From assembly GCA_964016885.1 (NCBI GenBank), contig OZ024742.1:319548001-319612000 (forward strand): a DNA stretch of 64,000 nucleotides, in the 5' to 3' direction. Every line of letters begins with the position of its first letter. The first letter of the stretch is position 1. Below, piece after piece: positions 1-14,044 of the stretch. The DNA comes from Eledone cirrhosa (lineage: Eukaryota). Under the pieces are notes generated by a model, which did not search any database, was not told the DNA's origin, and saw only the letters and a program-made list of their open reading frames with translations. The position numbers were made by a program, and so were the translations under genes.

Positions 1-77
1 TATATTATATTTATATATATATATTATATATATATATATATATTATATATTATATATTTATATATATATATTATATA

Positions 78-108
<31 letters not shown>

Positions 109-117
109 ATTATATAT
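1..117. repeat. (TA)n-rich microsatellite
   Basis: Pure A/T dinucleotide run. Confidence 0.95.
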
Positions 118-451
118 ATCATCATCATCATTTCATTTTACGTCCACTTTTCCCTGCTTCCAAGGGTGGGGCGGGAACTGATTCTGGCTTGATTTCTACA
201 GCTAGATGCCCTTCCTAACACCAACCTCATTTACAGTGAGTGCCGGGTGCTTTTTTTGCTGTGGCACGTCCACTGTACAGTGGAATGATATGGACCCCAG
301 TCCCTATCATCTCATTTCTACAGCTGAGTAAACTGGAGCAACGTGAAATAAAGTGTCTTGCTCAAGGAAACAACACATCACCCAGTCTGAGAATTGAACT
401 CACAACCTTTCGATTGCAAGGCCAATGCTCTAGCCACTGAGCCATGTGCCT
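118..451 (-). mobile_element. tRNA-head SINE with RTE-type 3' tail (family S1)
   Basis: Minus strand begins AGGCACATGGCTCAGTGGCTAGAGC (A box), then GAGTTCAATTC (B box), and ends in (GAT)n. Near-identical to the + copy at 52427-52774. Confidence 0.85.
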
Positions 452-3400
452 GTATATACCTCCATAACATAAGGCATGTGTCAAAACTCAACGATGCTTA
501 AACTTATTTCTATGCAAAGTATATCACGATTTGGCGATATATATTATTCTGAATAATAGTTTGTTTACAAAAATTTATATATATATATTATATATCATCT
601 GAGAAATTTATGTATTGATTTGAGAAAGTGTTTTGAGGAAATACATAAACTGTTAAAAGATGTCTCATAAAATGATTGGTATTTAAGAATAAATAAAACA
701 TGTTGCTGCTCTCGGTTTTATATGTAGATTTAATCACCATTCTGATATCAATCTACCAGGATTACTTCTATGGTTCAAAGTTGTTTGTTTTAAAATCTTC
801 ATATTTAATTTTAAATCATAGGTTTAGGTAAGAACTTTTGTTAAATTATGCACCAAACACCAGCTTAATAATGAAAAAGTTTGTAACATTACTAATTCTC
901 TTTAAATTCTTCATTTGAAAATCATAGGCAGTTTGTTTTATTAGAAGTATGGTAGAAAAAGAGTTAAGTGGAATCATTTTTCAAATTGTATTTAATGCCT
1001 GAACAACTCTGTAAATTCACTAGCTCAATAAAAGTTTGGAATTTTATGTAAGAATGTCTAAATTACGGAAGCTGTACCTAGAAATATCATGAAAGAATAT
1101 GAAATGATGTAGTTTTTGTGCATGTGTCCATCATATCAGAGCCCCGAGCACAGCTTGAAGGGTGGAACTAGTAAAATATCTAATTAGTTTAATATCTTGA
1201 CTGTCCAAGCTATTTTTAAAACAATGAAGACAATGGACACTTAGCTTTTAGGCGGTTGCTTTTATAAACCAATATACAACACCATTTTTTAAAGTAGATT
1301 TGTTTGACCAGTCATTTTCTCTGCAATAGTCTGAAGGATGGATGTTGTAGAATTATAAAAGAATGTAATTAAATATTTTCTACAAGCAAATCTTTTGTAT
1401 AGATTCCCCTTGCTGTTTCTTTCATACACTTTGTTCAAGAGTCCCAAAATAACCATAGCAAATAAGACAGACTACATTATTTGGTCTGATAGAAAATCAT
1501 AATTTGATGGAAGTGAAGCATTTTCCTGTAAATATCGCTACTTTTCATAATGATCAAATTATATGAATAAAACCATTTGCAAGTCTATATTCTTGTGATC
1601 ACCCATATTAACACTTTCTATTCCCTCCCTAAAAGTTTTCTTTGTTACAAGTAATCTCTTTTTCTTTCTCTTTCTCTCATTCATTTTTAGTCTGTTAACT
1701 TTAATAAATGGTTCCAGCAACCATTCATGTACTTAATGGTTTCATTTTTATTTTGTCTACAGTCATTTTAATAGGAATTGAACTTCCATTTTCTTCTCAA
1801 TTTTTAATATTGTTTTACAAGTTTAACATACACGCACGCACATGTAAAAACAAATTCTTCTTCTTCCTATCTGTAAATTAGAAAATCTTATTGTATTTAT
1901 AAAGGGAAAAAAATCTTAAAACCAAACTTTTGTTTTGGAAGAAAAATAAAACTATTTATTTCAACAGTAATGCATTTTATCTGATTTATCTCTGTAAATA
2001 ATTTGATTTTTAATTAGAACATATCACACATATGCATGCACACACGATAAAACGGGTTGCAGTTAAATGTTTCACAGCTTGTTTGCTGTTACTCTAAAAA
2101 AAAAAAAAAAATACCTTTATCTTTCAACCCATAAAGAGAACTTATAGCAATCTGGTATTTATGCCAAACATAAACCAAATATTAACAGAAATGACCAATC
2201 TGCTTAGCAGCATAATTAATTGAATAATGCACAAATAATACTTATGCACAACATATATTAAAATATTTAAGATAGATTTAAACTAGTCATTCCAGTTATG
2301 TTCTGGTTTGTTTTTGACATAAATGGTAATTTGCTACATGTTCTTTATGTAAGTGCAATGAAAAGGTTACTTGTATTTTGATGAACAACCAACTAGCTTG
2401 AAACAATCTTATGTTTTCTGTGAACGAAGATAAAAAATCTGTTTACACTTGTTTTGACAAGGCCTATAAATTAAAATTCTAATTGGGCCTCCATATGTAC
2501 TTAAGTCAAGTCCTTGCAACCTTTCTATCTTGTTTTTTTTGTGTCACTTATGTAAGTTTAGCTGGACTCTTACAAGTTAGCATCTCGTAGGGGGTTTCTA
2601 AGATATTTTAATGATAGGGGCCCCAGTCCTATCATGCTTTTTTGTCTACTCTATAATAACATTAATAGTGTCATAGCTGGCTGAATGGGATGAAAGACAC
2701 TAACTTTCTGCTCAATCCCAATTCATATGCCATTACCAACTCTGTACTTTGTCCCCAAGAAAGACATATAAGAACAGATTACTGCTACTGTATGTTAAGG
2801 ATTTTATTATTTTGCAACAGACGGTTCAAATTTAGTATTCTAAAGAGAGATATGCTTCACAAATTGTCTAGCGCTTTGAACAGTGTTACAAACATTGTGA
2901 AAGTTGATATAATAATTTGAGTGAAGTGAAAGATTAGGGAAAAGGCTTCTTGCTTAGTTTGGAAGGTGTAACACAATTGAGAGAGCAAGAGTATTTTAGA
3001 ATATCTTTATTAGAAAATACATTGTTTTTAATAGTGGTAAAAGAGACAGAGAAGGCTATTAGTTTTAAAATATTGGTGATTGTAGACTTGCTTATTGGTT
3101 TCGTTGATTTTGCTTAGATACAGCAGTTTAGTGTGTGTGCGCGAGTGCATGTATGCGTGTTGGGATTGTCTGGTTCAAGATTGTCTATTACCTTTTGCTC
3201 TATCAAATAAAGAAATTTCTAATGTTGCAGTTGCTTTGCATTTATTTTAGGGTCATAGTTGACTGAAATTTTGTCAATAGATATGACTTTTCTTTGTAAT
3301 ATTTCCAATTTATAAATTCTTTTTTTTTTTTTTTTTTTTTTAATATGTAAAATTCAAATGAAGTTCAATCTAGTTTTTTTCCTTTCCCCCCTTCCAGGCA

Positions 3401-3639
3401 ATATTAAAATTTCTTCTAACATTTCCTGGCTTTATCCCAACACTGCATAATCAATCTGTTGCCTGCACATTCCCCCTTTTCTATTCTATACCTTTCAGGA
3501 ACCATCAAGTAAAAGTGTGTAGTTTTATGGTTAGAGTGTTGGATCATAAGGTCTTGTTTACTTCCTGGATTGGGTAGCTCATTATTTCCTGGAAAAAGAT
3601 ATTTCATTTCATGATGCCCCAGCCCACTTGAAGCTTATA

Positions 3640-3880
3640 AAGCCTGTCTCAAGCCCAGGACCTCTTCAAACTGGAGTTTATCCTGATCTCATAGGCATTA
3701 AGCAGCTTGGAGTACAAGACCTCTTCTTGGACAGAACACCAATCCATCACTTGGTTGGTTAACATTCAGCTACTGCTGCTACTCATTTTCATCTGAGTTG
3801 ATAGGAGCCACATGAAATAAAGTATTTTAGTCAAGAACACAATGTGTCATTCATTCAAGGAATTGAACTCACACCTTAAA
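3640..3880 (-). mobile_element. Degenerate SINE
   Basis: Shares the GGAGCNACATGAAATAAAGT...CAAG...GAATTGAACTCACA block with S1. A similar copy lies at about 34810-35070. Confidence 0.55.
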
Positions 3881-4929
3881 CAGGCTAAAAATAAATAAAA
3901 AGATAAATTAGTCACAAACATCTATTAATTACAAATAATTGTGATAAGATTCTGTGTATCCGTATTTAAAACCAGTTTTTAATAATTCTCACCATTTTGG
4001 TGATTGTTGTCATTGTTATCTTACTATCTCTTTTATGACAGTCTTGGAGTTAGATGAGTCAACACAGACAGTATATATATATCCATCCATGTTAGAGCAA
4101 TATTGTTGATCACTATGGTAATAGAAACATTTTATATAGTTCTGTTACCCCCCCCCCCTCTTGCCAACATAATTTTAAACAAATAAGGTTCTGTTGTTTT
4201 TTGTTGCTGTTTCTCTCTCTTTTAATCTTGGTTGACAAAATGAACGTAATGCTCATCAATTAGACAATGTATATTAGGTTAAAGAGAAAATCCCCCTTCC
4301 TCTCACAAACACAACAGTAGAGATTCTTATTAAATTGTGTATCTTAGCTGAAATATTCATTTTATTATTACATTGTCTCTTTCTATAAAGTTTTATTAGA
4401 ACTCTGTCAGTCTCTTTGATGATATACTAATCTGAATAAACAAATTGCTAAAATGTATACATATAACCCCCCCCCCCCCCCCCACACACACACACCCATC
4501 GTTTTGCGTCTATTTCTTTGGGTTTAAGGAAAAGATGCCAAGTTGAATTTGTTTTCATCAGAAACACATTTGAGAATTGTTTTTATTGCTTCTTAGACAG
4601 ACTTGCTTATCTGAAGCATTAGTATGCATTGTTTAACCTCTCAGAAACCAAAATTGTATTTAATAGAATTTCTACTTGTTTAATATGTATTACTCTAGGT
4701 AATAGAAGCATCTTAGCCAGTGTGGTAATGAAAATGTCAAATCTTGTCATACCCATTACTCAGTGTTTTTACTAGGTGAAAGCATTTGGTCTAGTAGTCA
4801 TGACCCACAATGGATTTGATTTCTGGGACAGGTCACCAATTGTGTTCATGTTGATTTTCATGATATGCCTGAAACCCTAAGAAACCTCTTATAGGAGGAC
4901 AAATAACTAAGCAAAGGTTTGAGTTATAA

Positions 4930-5790
4930 ATTTCATTAGAGAAAGGGTCAAATTAGATGAGATGCAGTTTGGTTTTGTGCCTGGGAAAAGTACAACAGAT
5001 GCCCTCTTAGTGAGATAACTAAAGAGAGGTTCTTAGAGAAGAACAAGCCACTATACTTAGCTTTTGTTAACCTAGAGAAGGCCTTTGATAGAGTACCCCG
5101 ATCTGTCATCTGGTGGCCCCTAAGGAAACTAGGTGTAGAGGAATGGCTTGTGAGGACAGTGCAAGCTATGTACAGGGGTGCTGTTAGTAAAGTGAGAGTA
5201 GGAATGAGTTTAGTGAGGAATTCCAGATACAAGTAGGAGTGCATCAGGGTTCGGTCATCAACCTGCTCTTGTTCATTATAGTCCTCCAAGCCATAACAGA
5301 GGAGTTTAAGACTGACTGGCCATGGGAACTTCTCTATGACAATCTGGTACTTATAGCAGAATCAGTAGAGCTAGAAAATAAATTCTGACTATGGAAACAG
5401 CAGTTGGAATCAAGAGGACTGAGAGTGAACCTAGCTAAGACTAAAGTGTTGATAAGTAGAAAAGAGGACAAAACTCTGATTCCATCAGGGAAATGGCCAT
5501 GTTCGATATGTAGAAAAGGAGTTGGCATAAATTCTATAAAATGTACACAATGCAGTACGCAAGAGATATAGTAGCAAAAAATCCCAGAAGGAAGATGCAA
5601 TAGAGGAAGACCACGGAAAACATGGGCGGAGGTGGTGAGAGCTGACCTCTTCAGATTGCTGAAGCTCACGGAGGAGATTACGAAGGGCTATGACGAATGG
5701 AGAGATGTTGTGCTGAATAGGACCTGTCCCACTCTTGCAAGCAAGGAAAAATGGACGTAAAATGATGATGATGATGATGATGATGATGAT
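4930..5790 (+). mobile_element. RTE LINE fragment: 5'-truncated, internally deleted, (GAT)n tail
   Basis: Degenerate EMQFGFV, LYLAFVNLEKAFDRVPR and CSICRKGVG segments match the RT at 55856-57190. The sequence then jumps to GRPRKTW and the tail GGACGTAAAA(TGA)n. Confidence 0.88.
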
Positions 5791-7109
5791 TCCAGCATTC
5801 TGTTCTCTCAGTTTGAATCCACTCAGGGTCAGCTTTGCCATTAATCATTCAGAATCGATAAATTAAGTACTTGTCCAAGATAGTGGATTGGTAGAATTGT
5901 TAAAGTGTTGGGACACAATACTTTGCAGTATCACTTTTTGCTCTTTGCAATCTGAGTTTGACTGAGATGTCACTGGCACCACACTGTACCAACTCATGTC
6001 TTACCATTCCCTTGGATAACCTCAGTGATGTGAAAAGGGAAGACTTACATCTGCCACCTGTTAGTCTTTCACACAACAACAAAAAAAAAAAAAGTAGGAA
6101 TTTGGCACAGAAATGCAGTGGGCTAGATAAATAGTTCTCAATGAGTTTTGATTTTTGTCCTTCTTAAAATAGTGGTCTACTTGACAGTCTTCATACTCAC
6201 CACGAGGTTCTTTTTGAGGCAATGTTTTATGACCAAGTGTCCTAGAAACCTTGCCAAACAAAGAGTTGGGAGGACCATTCAGTTGAGAACAATATCTTAA
6301 CATCAGTATGAGTGGCTGGTTATGGACGGTTTGAAATGCTAAAGGGTTAAAGATGACAGCTTGCTTCTGAGAAACATTGCTGAAATCATAATGAGATAGG
6401 AAAGCTATTTTTATTTTGCACACTGTTAGAGTGGCTATTTTATATTAGTGAAACAAAATCAGTGTTATTCTGCTGGTGGCTGCTACTAAACATATACTGA
6501 TGCTATCTATATAAAGAACAAGTTAACCTGCCAAATCTTTAAAAAAAAAAAAAGTTCTTCTGTTCCAATCTGGTAGTCATAGCATTCACTTTGATATTTC
6601 TATTATGCCTTTCTTCTCTTCCATTCCCACTTGCAACAGCACCCTATCTAAATACTCTTCTTATTTGGAGTGGTATATTCTTATAATCCGGCTTGTATAA
6701 AGTTTGGTGTTTTCATATAAAACAAAGTTAAATTTAGTGCTGCTTTGTTGAACCCAAGTTTACATAGCTTTGTTTTATCAGAATATTTTAAATGTAAGAA
6801 AGTAGACACTGGATGAGTTAATATTTTTCATAGACATGTTTCTACATCATTTTACCTTCCTCTGTGTATTTGTAATGCCTTCCCATCTATCTGAATCTGC
6901 AGTTTGTTTAAGGAAAAACAAAACCATGAACAGTAGAAATTGCAGTTTTTAGCCTAAAACCGTGTTTTTTTTTTTTTTTTTTTTTTTTTTTCCCCTTTGG
7001 TAACTAAATTATGTCTAGAAATTGACTTGAGAAAATGTCTGCTTTAATTCCTTTTTTTTCCCCCTTTGCAATTTGGACAGTAATATACATTCCACTTTAT
7101 ATATATATA

Positions 7110-7154
<45 letters not shown>

Positions 7155-7810
7155 TTACTGGCAGTGTTGGTTAGAACATTTACAATAACATTTCACTGTG
7201 GATCTGAACATAGTTTCTTTACATTAGGAATGATTGAGAATTGGCATTCTTAAAGTTTATTGATGTAGTTGTATTTCAAGTAACAAAGTGGAATATAAGG
7301 GTAAAAGGTGGCAGTTATCTCTTGATATAAGAGAAAAGAAGAGTTAAGAAGTCAGATTGATTCACTATAGTTAATAATTGTGAATCTGACATTAAATAGT
7401 TTGTATATTGACTATAAGGATTTTGTCTACTTTCATTCTCATATTTAATCTGAAGTAGAAAGGTCAGTGACCACAGCCTTCATGGCATGCTTTCTTAACT
7501 GGGAAACAACTACATATAATGACTTTCAACTATTTACTTAGACAAGCATACCTACCTGTATCTTCAGGTTTTATAGAGGTTGTGGCTTGTTGGATGCAAT
7601 TAAAATTTAAACACATCAAAGACTTTGAAACTTATTAAATTCATAGAAAGTAAAGGTGTAAGACCTATTTGTTAGTGTTAGACTATCAATCAGCTTCTAC
7701 ATCTGCTGTACAGTTAACTCCTGAAATGGAGTGGTGTCTTTTCATAGGAAGCCAGATGAATCTCCATGGTTGTGAACTGTAACTTGTGCCCCCCCCCCCC
7801 TTCTGTTATA

Positions 7811-8088
7811 CTATCAGGCCTCAAATAATGCCCCCACAACACCCCACCCCATCTCTGGCAAAATTTGATTTTAAGTCGGAATGTTCCTGTGACACTTGAT
7901 TTTCCTTATACATAAAAGGGGGGGGGGGTATTACAAGAAATCTCACATTATAAAATGAATAGGATGGGTTGGGATCTCTATGTAAAATAAACGGCTAAAT
8001 CTGGTTTTCAAAAAAAGTCGAGGGAAACAAACTAGAAAAATTACTGATTTTCCAAGCCCCCCTCCCCCCATTATTTGGAACCTGAGAG
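7811..8088. mobile_element. MITE with ~20-bp imperfect TIRs
   Basis: CTATCAGGCCTCAAATAATG vs reverse complement of the right end CTCTCAGGTTCCAAATAATG (16/20). Flanks are TA and TG. Confidence 0.55.
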
Positions 8089-9289
8089 TGCCTCTTTCGT
8101 TTGGTTGTTTTTCATGTACAGAGGGAGAATGCTCCTGTTGTTTTTTTTTTGTTTTTTTTTATTGTTTTCCTACATTGATTCTTACTAATGTTATTAAGCT
8201 TGAGTAATTATTACCCCTCTTTTTATAATATAGATATGGCATCCTGGTTAAAAATAGGGAGCTGGTGAGAAGCTGTATTAAAATATTTTCCATTTGGGAT
8301 TGGTGGTTTTTTTTTTTTTTTTTTTTTTTTTTTGGTCATTGATATGTAAGATCGTAATTTCTTTTCATTCATCCTTCTCATATAATTTATAGTTTTTCTC
8401 TCACCTTTTCTTCTCTTCCCCTCATTTCCCACATGGAGATTTTTAATGAAAGCAAAATATTGAAAACTTTATGGGGTCTTTCCTAGATTAATATGCCAGA
8501 CAAAAAAAAAAGAAAAAAAGAAAAGAAAAAAAGAAATTCTCTTATCTCTTCCATTGTCGCGAAGAGATGAATATTAGGTTTTTCACTCAGTATGGTTTCT
8601 CCCTATTATTTTCTAACTGACTAGTTTAATTAACTTGGCTTCATATTTATAGTAAATGTTAAAAAAAAAAATAAAAAAAAAATGCTAACTTTGCTGTTTG
8701 TCTTATTTTTCAATATGTGTGTGGTTTTTTTAAAAATTCTAACCCAGTATGGCTTCGATAGCAGTGCTAAGTTTAGCACATGTTTCACATGTGTGGATGT
8801 TCTAACAAAATCCAACCTCAACTAGATTTATTCACCACTATGAATGTTGTAGTTTCTATACAGTTGATAAGCCAACTAACTATAATAACATAATGAAGTA
8901 CTAGTGTCATAGTTTAAACCTAGGATCTTTCATTTGCATCTCAGTACTTTGACCATTCAGCTTCTACACCGTTTATCTAATAAGCTATTTATTATATTTA
9001 TATATTTTGAACCAAGAAATCCTATGATTTCAATTGGTTAATTACCATGTTTTTCATTTTTTATTGATTTTATATATAGTTTTGAATTTACCATACATGA
9101 AGGGCTAGGTCATTTAATTTCAGCTAATGGGGGAAAATACCATTTCATCAACACCAAATAGTAACATTTTAAATGTATTATTTTGTTAAATATTAAAGAT
9201 GCTTTTTGCAGGGGACTGGTTGTCCTTGCGAATTTTTATATTCTATGACCTGATTCTCATAACAGAATCTGTTCTGTTAAGCTGCAGAA

Positions 9290-10000
9290 AACATTCTCAA
9301 CCTAGAAGAGTCCAAAGGTCAACTTGATAAATATTAAACTGTTAGTTGCAAAACATATCCAAGTTGCCATCTGGGAGATGGCTTTGATCTACATATAGTA
9401 AAGGTAAGAAGGTGATACTGTTTACTCAGTGCATACTATGTGCAGGGGCATCTGCTCAGTAGACTCACCCGAAGTAGTTGATAGTTTTGTGAATTAGGTG
9501 GCTTTAGTGAAAGCTTAGTTAGAGTAGAAGTTGGAAGAAATCTAAGGAGCTATTGCCTCTGTTGGCAACTGAAGAATATTTTCTCTATCTCTCTGAAGTG
9601 TGCTGTTACATGGTCATGAACTGCAGAAGTGTGGTGGAAAGACTAAAGAGAAATGAAGTAAGTTAACACTACATATTTAACAAAGCATGCTCTGTTAGAC
9701 ATTTAGTGTTAACTTGCACAAAATGGCAGAGCACAAGCCAGCAAGTGAACTGTGTATTAAAAGCATCTGTTTATGTGTGCAGAATATGTGATTGCACTGG
9801 AATGGACATGTGATGTGAATGAAAACTAGGTACTGCATGCTGTCAGGAGATAGTATTTACCACAAAAGAAAACTTAGAGGTGAAAAGTCAGATCTTAAGA
9901 TATTGGTTTTCACAAGAGAGCAATGGATCAAGAGAAGTGTTGATATGTTATATGGTAGACTTGTTCAACTTGTGCTAGCATAGAAAAACTATCACGAAAA
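9290..10000 (+). mobile_element. Highly decayed RTE LINE RT 3' portion
   Basis: Recognisable remnants: GTTGGAAGAAATCTAAGGAGCTATTGCCTCTG (cf. GWKKFRELIPL) and TGGACATGTGATGTG (cf. GHVM). Confidence 0.65.
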
Positions 10001-10984
10001 AGACATTTTTTATTAATATTATTTCAAAGCCATATTATTATTGCTATTGAAATTTGCTTCTTTTGATCTTATCAAACTATTATTCGTCCCTGACTTCAAT
10101 AGAAAATATGTATTGTTATTTATTTGGAGAAATTTGGTAGATATTTGAACTTTGGTAATGCGTTAATACAAATTAGTAGATCTAGTAGGAATGTATATGA
10201 ATATTTGTTTTATGTTTTATAGATACAAAATTTGCTTCACTGTTGCCCAACACATGGGATTTGATGGAGAATATTCTTCAGTGCTGTAAACATTTGTAGG
10301 TACTAAATTTTTGAGATGTGTTCATATTGTGAATTATTTCATTTGAAGAATATTAATGTATCTTTATTTTCACTTAATTTTATTTGTCTACCTTTGTAAG
10401 CTTCATTAGGTATATAATGTCACTTTAGTGTCTTTACCATATCAAATCTGAGGTGAACTTTGCCTTTCATCCTTTCAGGGTTGATAAATAAAGTATCGGT
10501 CAAGTGTAGTGGGTTTGCAGAACTGTTAAAGCTTTGGGAAAGATGGGATGTCCTGCAGTATTTGTTCCAACTCAGTGCATTCTGAGTTTGAATCCTCCCC
10601 CGTATAACTGGAAAAATTGTGACATGATAAGGCTGGGGCTCCTATCATTAAAATATCCGAGAGACCTCCTATAAGTTGCAGGAAACTGGCTAAACCCACA
10701 TAGGTGTGAGCCATAAGAACAACCATATCTGATCAGTTTATATTATTGAACCTTTTTAAAGATATCTAGCTTTGATAAAAAGTGTGGGTATTGGAATTTT
10801 TTTTTCCACCACCACCTGTTTCTGCTGTGAAATATGATTACTTAGGATTTAGTGGAATTTATGGCAGATTTTCACTACAATGTTGAACACTCTCATCACC
10901 TTGCCATGAACCCACCCCTCAGCTCCAGACGACTATGCAAACCATCCTTATTTCAGGAATGGAAACCAATTCCTTCTTCCATAA

Positions 10985-11298
10985 AACTTTAAAATATCAG
11001 AGCTGTGGCTGTCAACATAGACACTATGCAAGGAAGATCAGGTGAGATTGTAGAAATGTTAGATCGAAAGAGAGTCGACTTGCATTGTGTACAAGAGACT
11101 AGGTGGAGAGGAGGATCAGCTAGATTTATCATTGGTAAAGAACATGCCACACATTTTTCTGTGTGGAAAATGATTATGGGTTGCATGGAGTAGGTATTCT
11201 GTTAGAAAAATAGGCAGATAATGTCATCATGACAATCATTGAATTCATGATGGACCTAGGTAGAACAGCTGTCACTATTATATCTGTATATGCACCGC
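10985..11298 (+). mobile_element. RTE LINE APE-endonuclease 5' fragment
   Basis: [39 protein letters not shown] and TVTIISVYAPQ-like segments are homologous to ORF 54087. Confidence 0.85.
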
Positions 11299-11303
11299 AA
11301 TTG

Positions 11304-11785
11304 AGACTTCTTCTTCGCCCACTTATTCCTGAGAGGGGTTGTGGGAGCGGTCCTCAAACACTCCCTCCAGCGAGTTCTGTCAGAAGCAGCCATCTCCAAC
11401 TTATCTGGCTGGATCTCCAAGTGAGACCAGCCAAGTTCGTGGATGCAATCCAATCATCTTTGCTTACGGTTTGCTCCTGGATCTCCTGCTCGTTGATTTT
11501 GCCTGTAAAATCTGTCTAGCAATTCTTTTTTGAGACAGTCTAACCACATGCCCATAGTAATCGGAACTGTGATCTCTCAATTCAGAGAAGTAGTGGCTCT
11601 ACATGGAATGACTATCTAATCTTTGAGCTACGCACTCTATTGAGTAACCCCATTTCGGCCGCTTGTATTCGCGATTGTATTCTTTCAGTCATTACTCTAG
11701 ATTCAGGACCATAGGTAAGAGTTGACATGAACACAGAATTGAAGATAACATGTTTGGCTTTTACACCTACCTCCCTTCTTATTAC
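11304..11785 (-). mobile_element. 3' end of a second RTE family (family B), antisense, inside the RTE remnant
   Basis: Minus-strand LEMAASDRTRWRECLR with a GAAGAAG end. Same family as 46970-48577 and 50085-50860. Confidence 0.8.
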
Positions 11786-11786
11786 A

Positions 11787-12168
11787 TTAGGAAACTAGGG
11801 GTGGACAAGTAGCTTGTGCGAGTAGTACAAGCCAAGTACAGAGGCATAGTCAGCAAAGTTAAAATTAATAATGACTATAGTGTGGCGTTTAGCATGCAAG
11901 TTGGGGTCCACCAGGTGCCTGTCCTTGGCCCTCTACTGTTTATTATCATCTTCCAGGCTATAACAGAAGAGTTCAAAACCGGGTGCCCTTGGGAACTCCT
12001 GTATGCTGATGATCAAACTCCCATAGCTGAATCTATGGCAGAACTAGAGAAAAAGTTCCTGACCTGGAAGCATAACCTAGAATCAAAAGTTCTTAAAGTC
12101 AACTTTGCAAAGACCAAAGTTCTAGTAAGTAGTAAGGAAAAATGGACATTAAACGGTGATGATGATGA
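11787..12168 (+). mobile_element. RTE RT core fragment joined directly to the (GAT)n tail
   Basis: GVHQ...LLFIII..FKTGCPWELLYADD..NFAKTKVL followed by GGACATTAAACGGTGATGATGATG. Confidence 0.88.
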
Positions 12169-13027
12169 CAGTAGTTATAATTTTAATTATTTCATGAATT
12201 ATTTTTTTCTTAAATTGTCCTAATGCTTATTTTCTGCATATCTGTAAACTCTTATAAGTATACCCTACATAAAAATAATTAACCCGCAAGGAATACTTGG
12301 AGATATTCTTTCAAAGAAATTATACTCTCAACCCTTGTAATAACCCTAATATGCAAAAAGTGAAACAAGCTGCCTTATTTAAGATTAGATTGGAAGATCA
12401 TTTCTTTTAAAAACTTAAAAATGAGGCAATCAAGAATGACTGAAGGGAGGAAAGGAACTATTTACCATTATAGAGAAAGTTTCCTTTCTATAATTGACTG
12501 AAATTTCTAGTGGAAACTGCAAAAAGTGTCGAGAGAACAGGATATATTGCTGAATTAACAGTTTAATCTGTAGAATTCTCACAGAATTTACCATCATTTG
12601 GGAATGTGACTGAAGGAATGGATATGATATATATATATATATATATATATGGGTGGACTGCCTGCATCTGCATGTGCCACACCAGTATCTACTTAATTAT
12701 TAAAGGAAGTTATAAATTCTGGTCTGCATTATTATTAGTTTTCAGAATATAAAATCCCTTTTTAAACCAAACCACCTGAAACTGACCTTAAATCTACCAT
12801 ACTAAGCTGTTAGTTTTAAAGTGTATATATTTATCTAAAATCCTTCCATAATAATTTATATAAGAGCCTTTGAAATGTTAAAAAAAAAATCATGGGAGTT
12901 GTATTTATTGTTATATTTGTCTTGGATAGTACTTGTATTTTACCAAACCAACAGTTAATTCATTCAGTCTGGATGAACTATCTGATGGCTCAATGAAACT
13001 CTACTATTAGTTAATCAAGATACATAC

Positions 13028-13195
13028 ATCATCATCATCATTTTACGTTTGCTTTTCCTTGCTTGCAAGGGTGGGATGGGTTCTCTTTATCACAGCATCT
13101 CTCCTTCATCTCCTCCGGGAGCTTCTGAGATAACTCTCACCACCTCCGTCCATGTTTTTCGTGGTCTTCCTTCCACTGGGATACTTGGCACGTCT
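13028..13195 (-). mobile_element. RTE 3'-end fragment
   Basis: (ATC)n, then TTTTACGTT..CTTGCTTGCAAG, then the reverse complement of GGAAGACCACGAAAAACATGG (GRPRKTW). Confidence 0.7.
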
Positions 13196-14044
13196 TCACC
13201 CAGAGGTCATCTTCCATGCACATCATATGAGCACAACATATATAACATAAATAGTTTTATATAACATTATGTTCATAAGATAACTAATTTATAGCGTTGT
13301 TAGTTTCAATCAATAATGGTTAGTACCTAGTATTGTTAGGTTGACTTTTTTTCTTCTTCTAATTTTTACAAAACTGAAACAGAACTATAATGTAGGCTGC
13401 TGAACAAAAAGTAAAATAAAACAAAAACTCTAGTTAAAATATGATACCTATATATAACTATCATTAAAATATATATGGTAGTTTGTGCTCTAAAATATGT
13501 TTGTGTTGTAAATATATCAAATGTTCAACACATGTGTGAGGGATATAATAAAAAACAAAAAAAACAACCCCATAAGAATAACTGATGGAGAAATATCAAA
13601 GGACTATATTAAATATTTGCAATTAAAATATGAACCAGTTTCATGCAATTTGAATGAATGAATCAGTCCAGCAAAGCTGGTTTCAAATGTGTAATATGTA
13701 CTACACAGAGTAACAGTCTGAGCTGTGTACAGGTCATAGTTTCACTTTTAAAATATATTCTAGTTTAAAAAGAAAAAAAATAGTGATTGTATTGAATCTT
13801 TTGTCACACTACATTCTCATGAAAATTGTTCTGAAATTTTCATTTAGAATTCATAGAATACAAATGTAAGAGAAAATGAACAAATGTTGAAAAATGTGTT
13901 TCCTTCAACAGTGTTGTTATTCTGTTCTCTCTGGATGTGTGTGTTGTGTGTAACATTACTTTATGAATCTTTAGTAACACCTTATTTCTGTTGATTCTGG
14001 TTCCATGAGTATTTCTAAGTTTGTCCTGTTACATTTCACTATAA

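Noticed and set aside
6061-6423. 120-aa minus-strand ORF
   Set aside because: Runs through a piggyBac-type MITE end and a poly-T run; no recognisable domain
10223-10300. Possible small exon after TTTTATAG
   Set aside because: Frame and donor are ambiguous and the peptide is unrecognisable; needs RNA-seq
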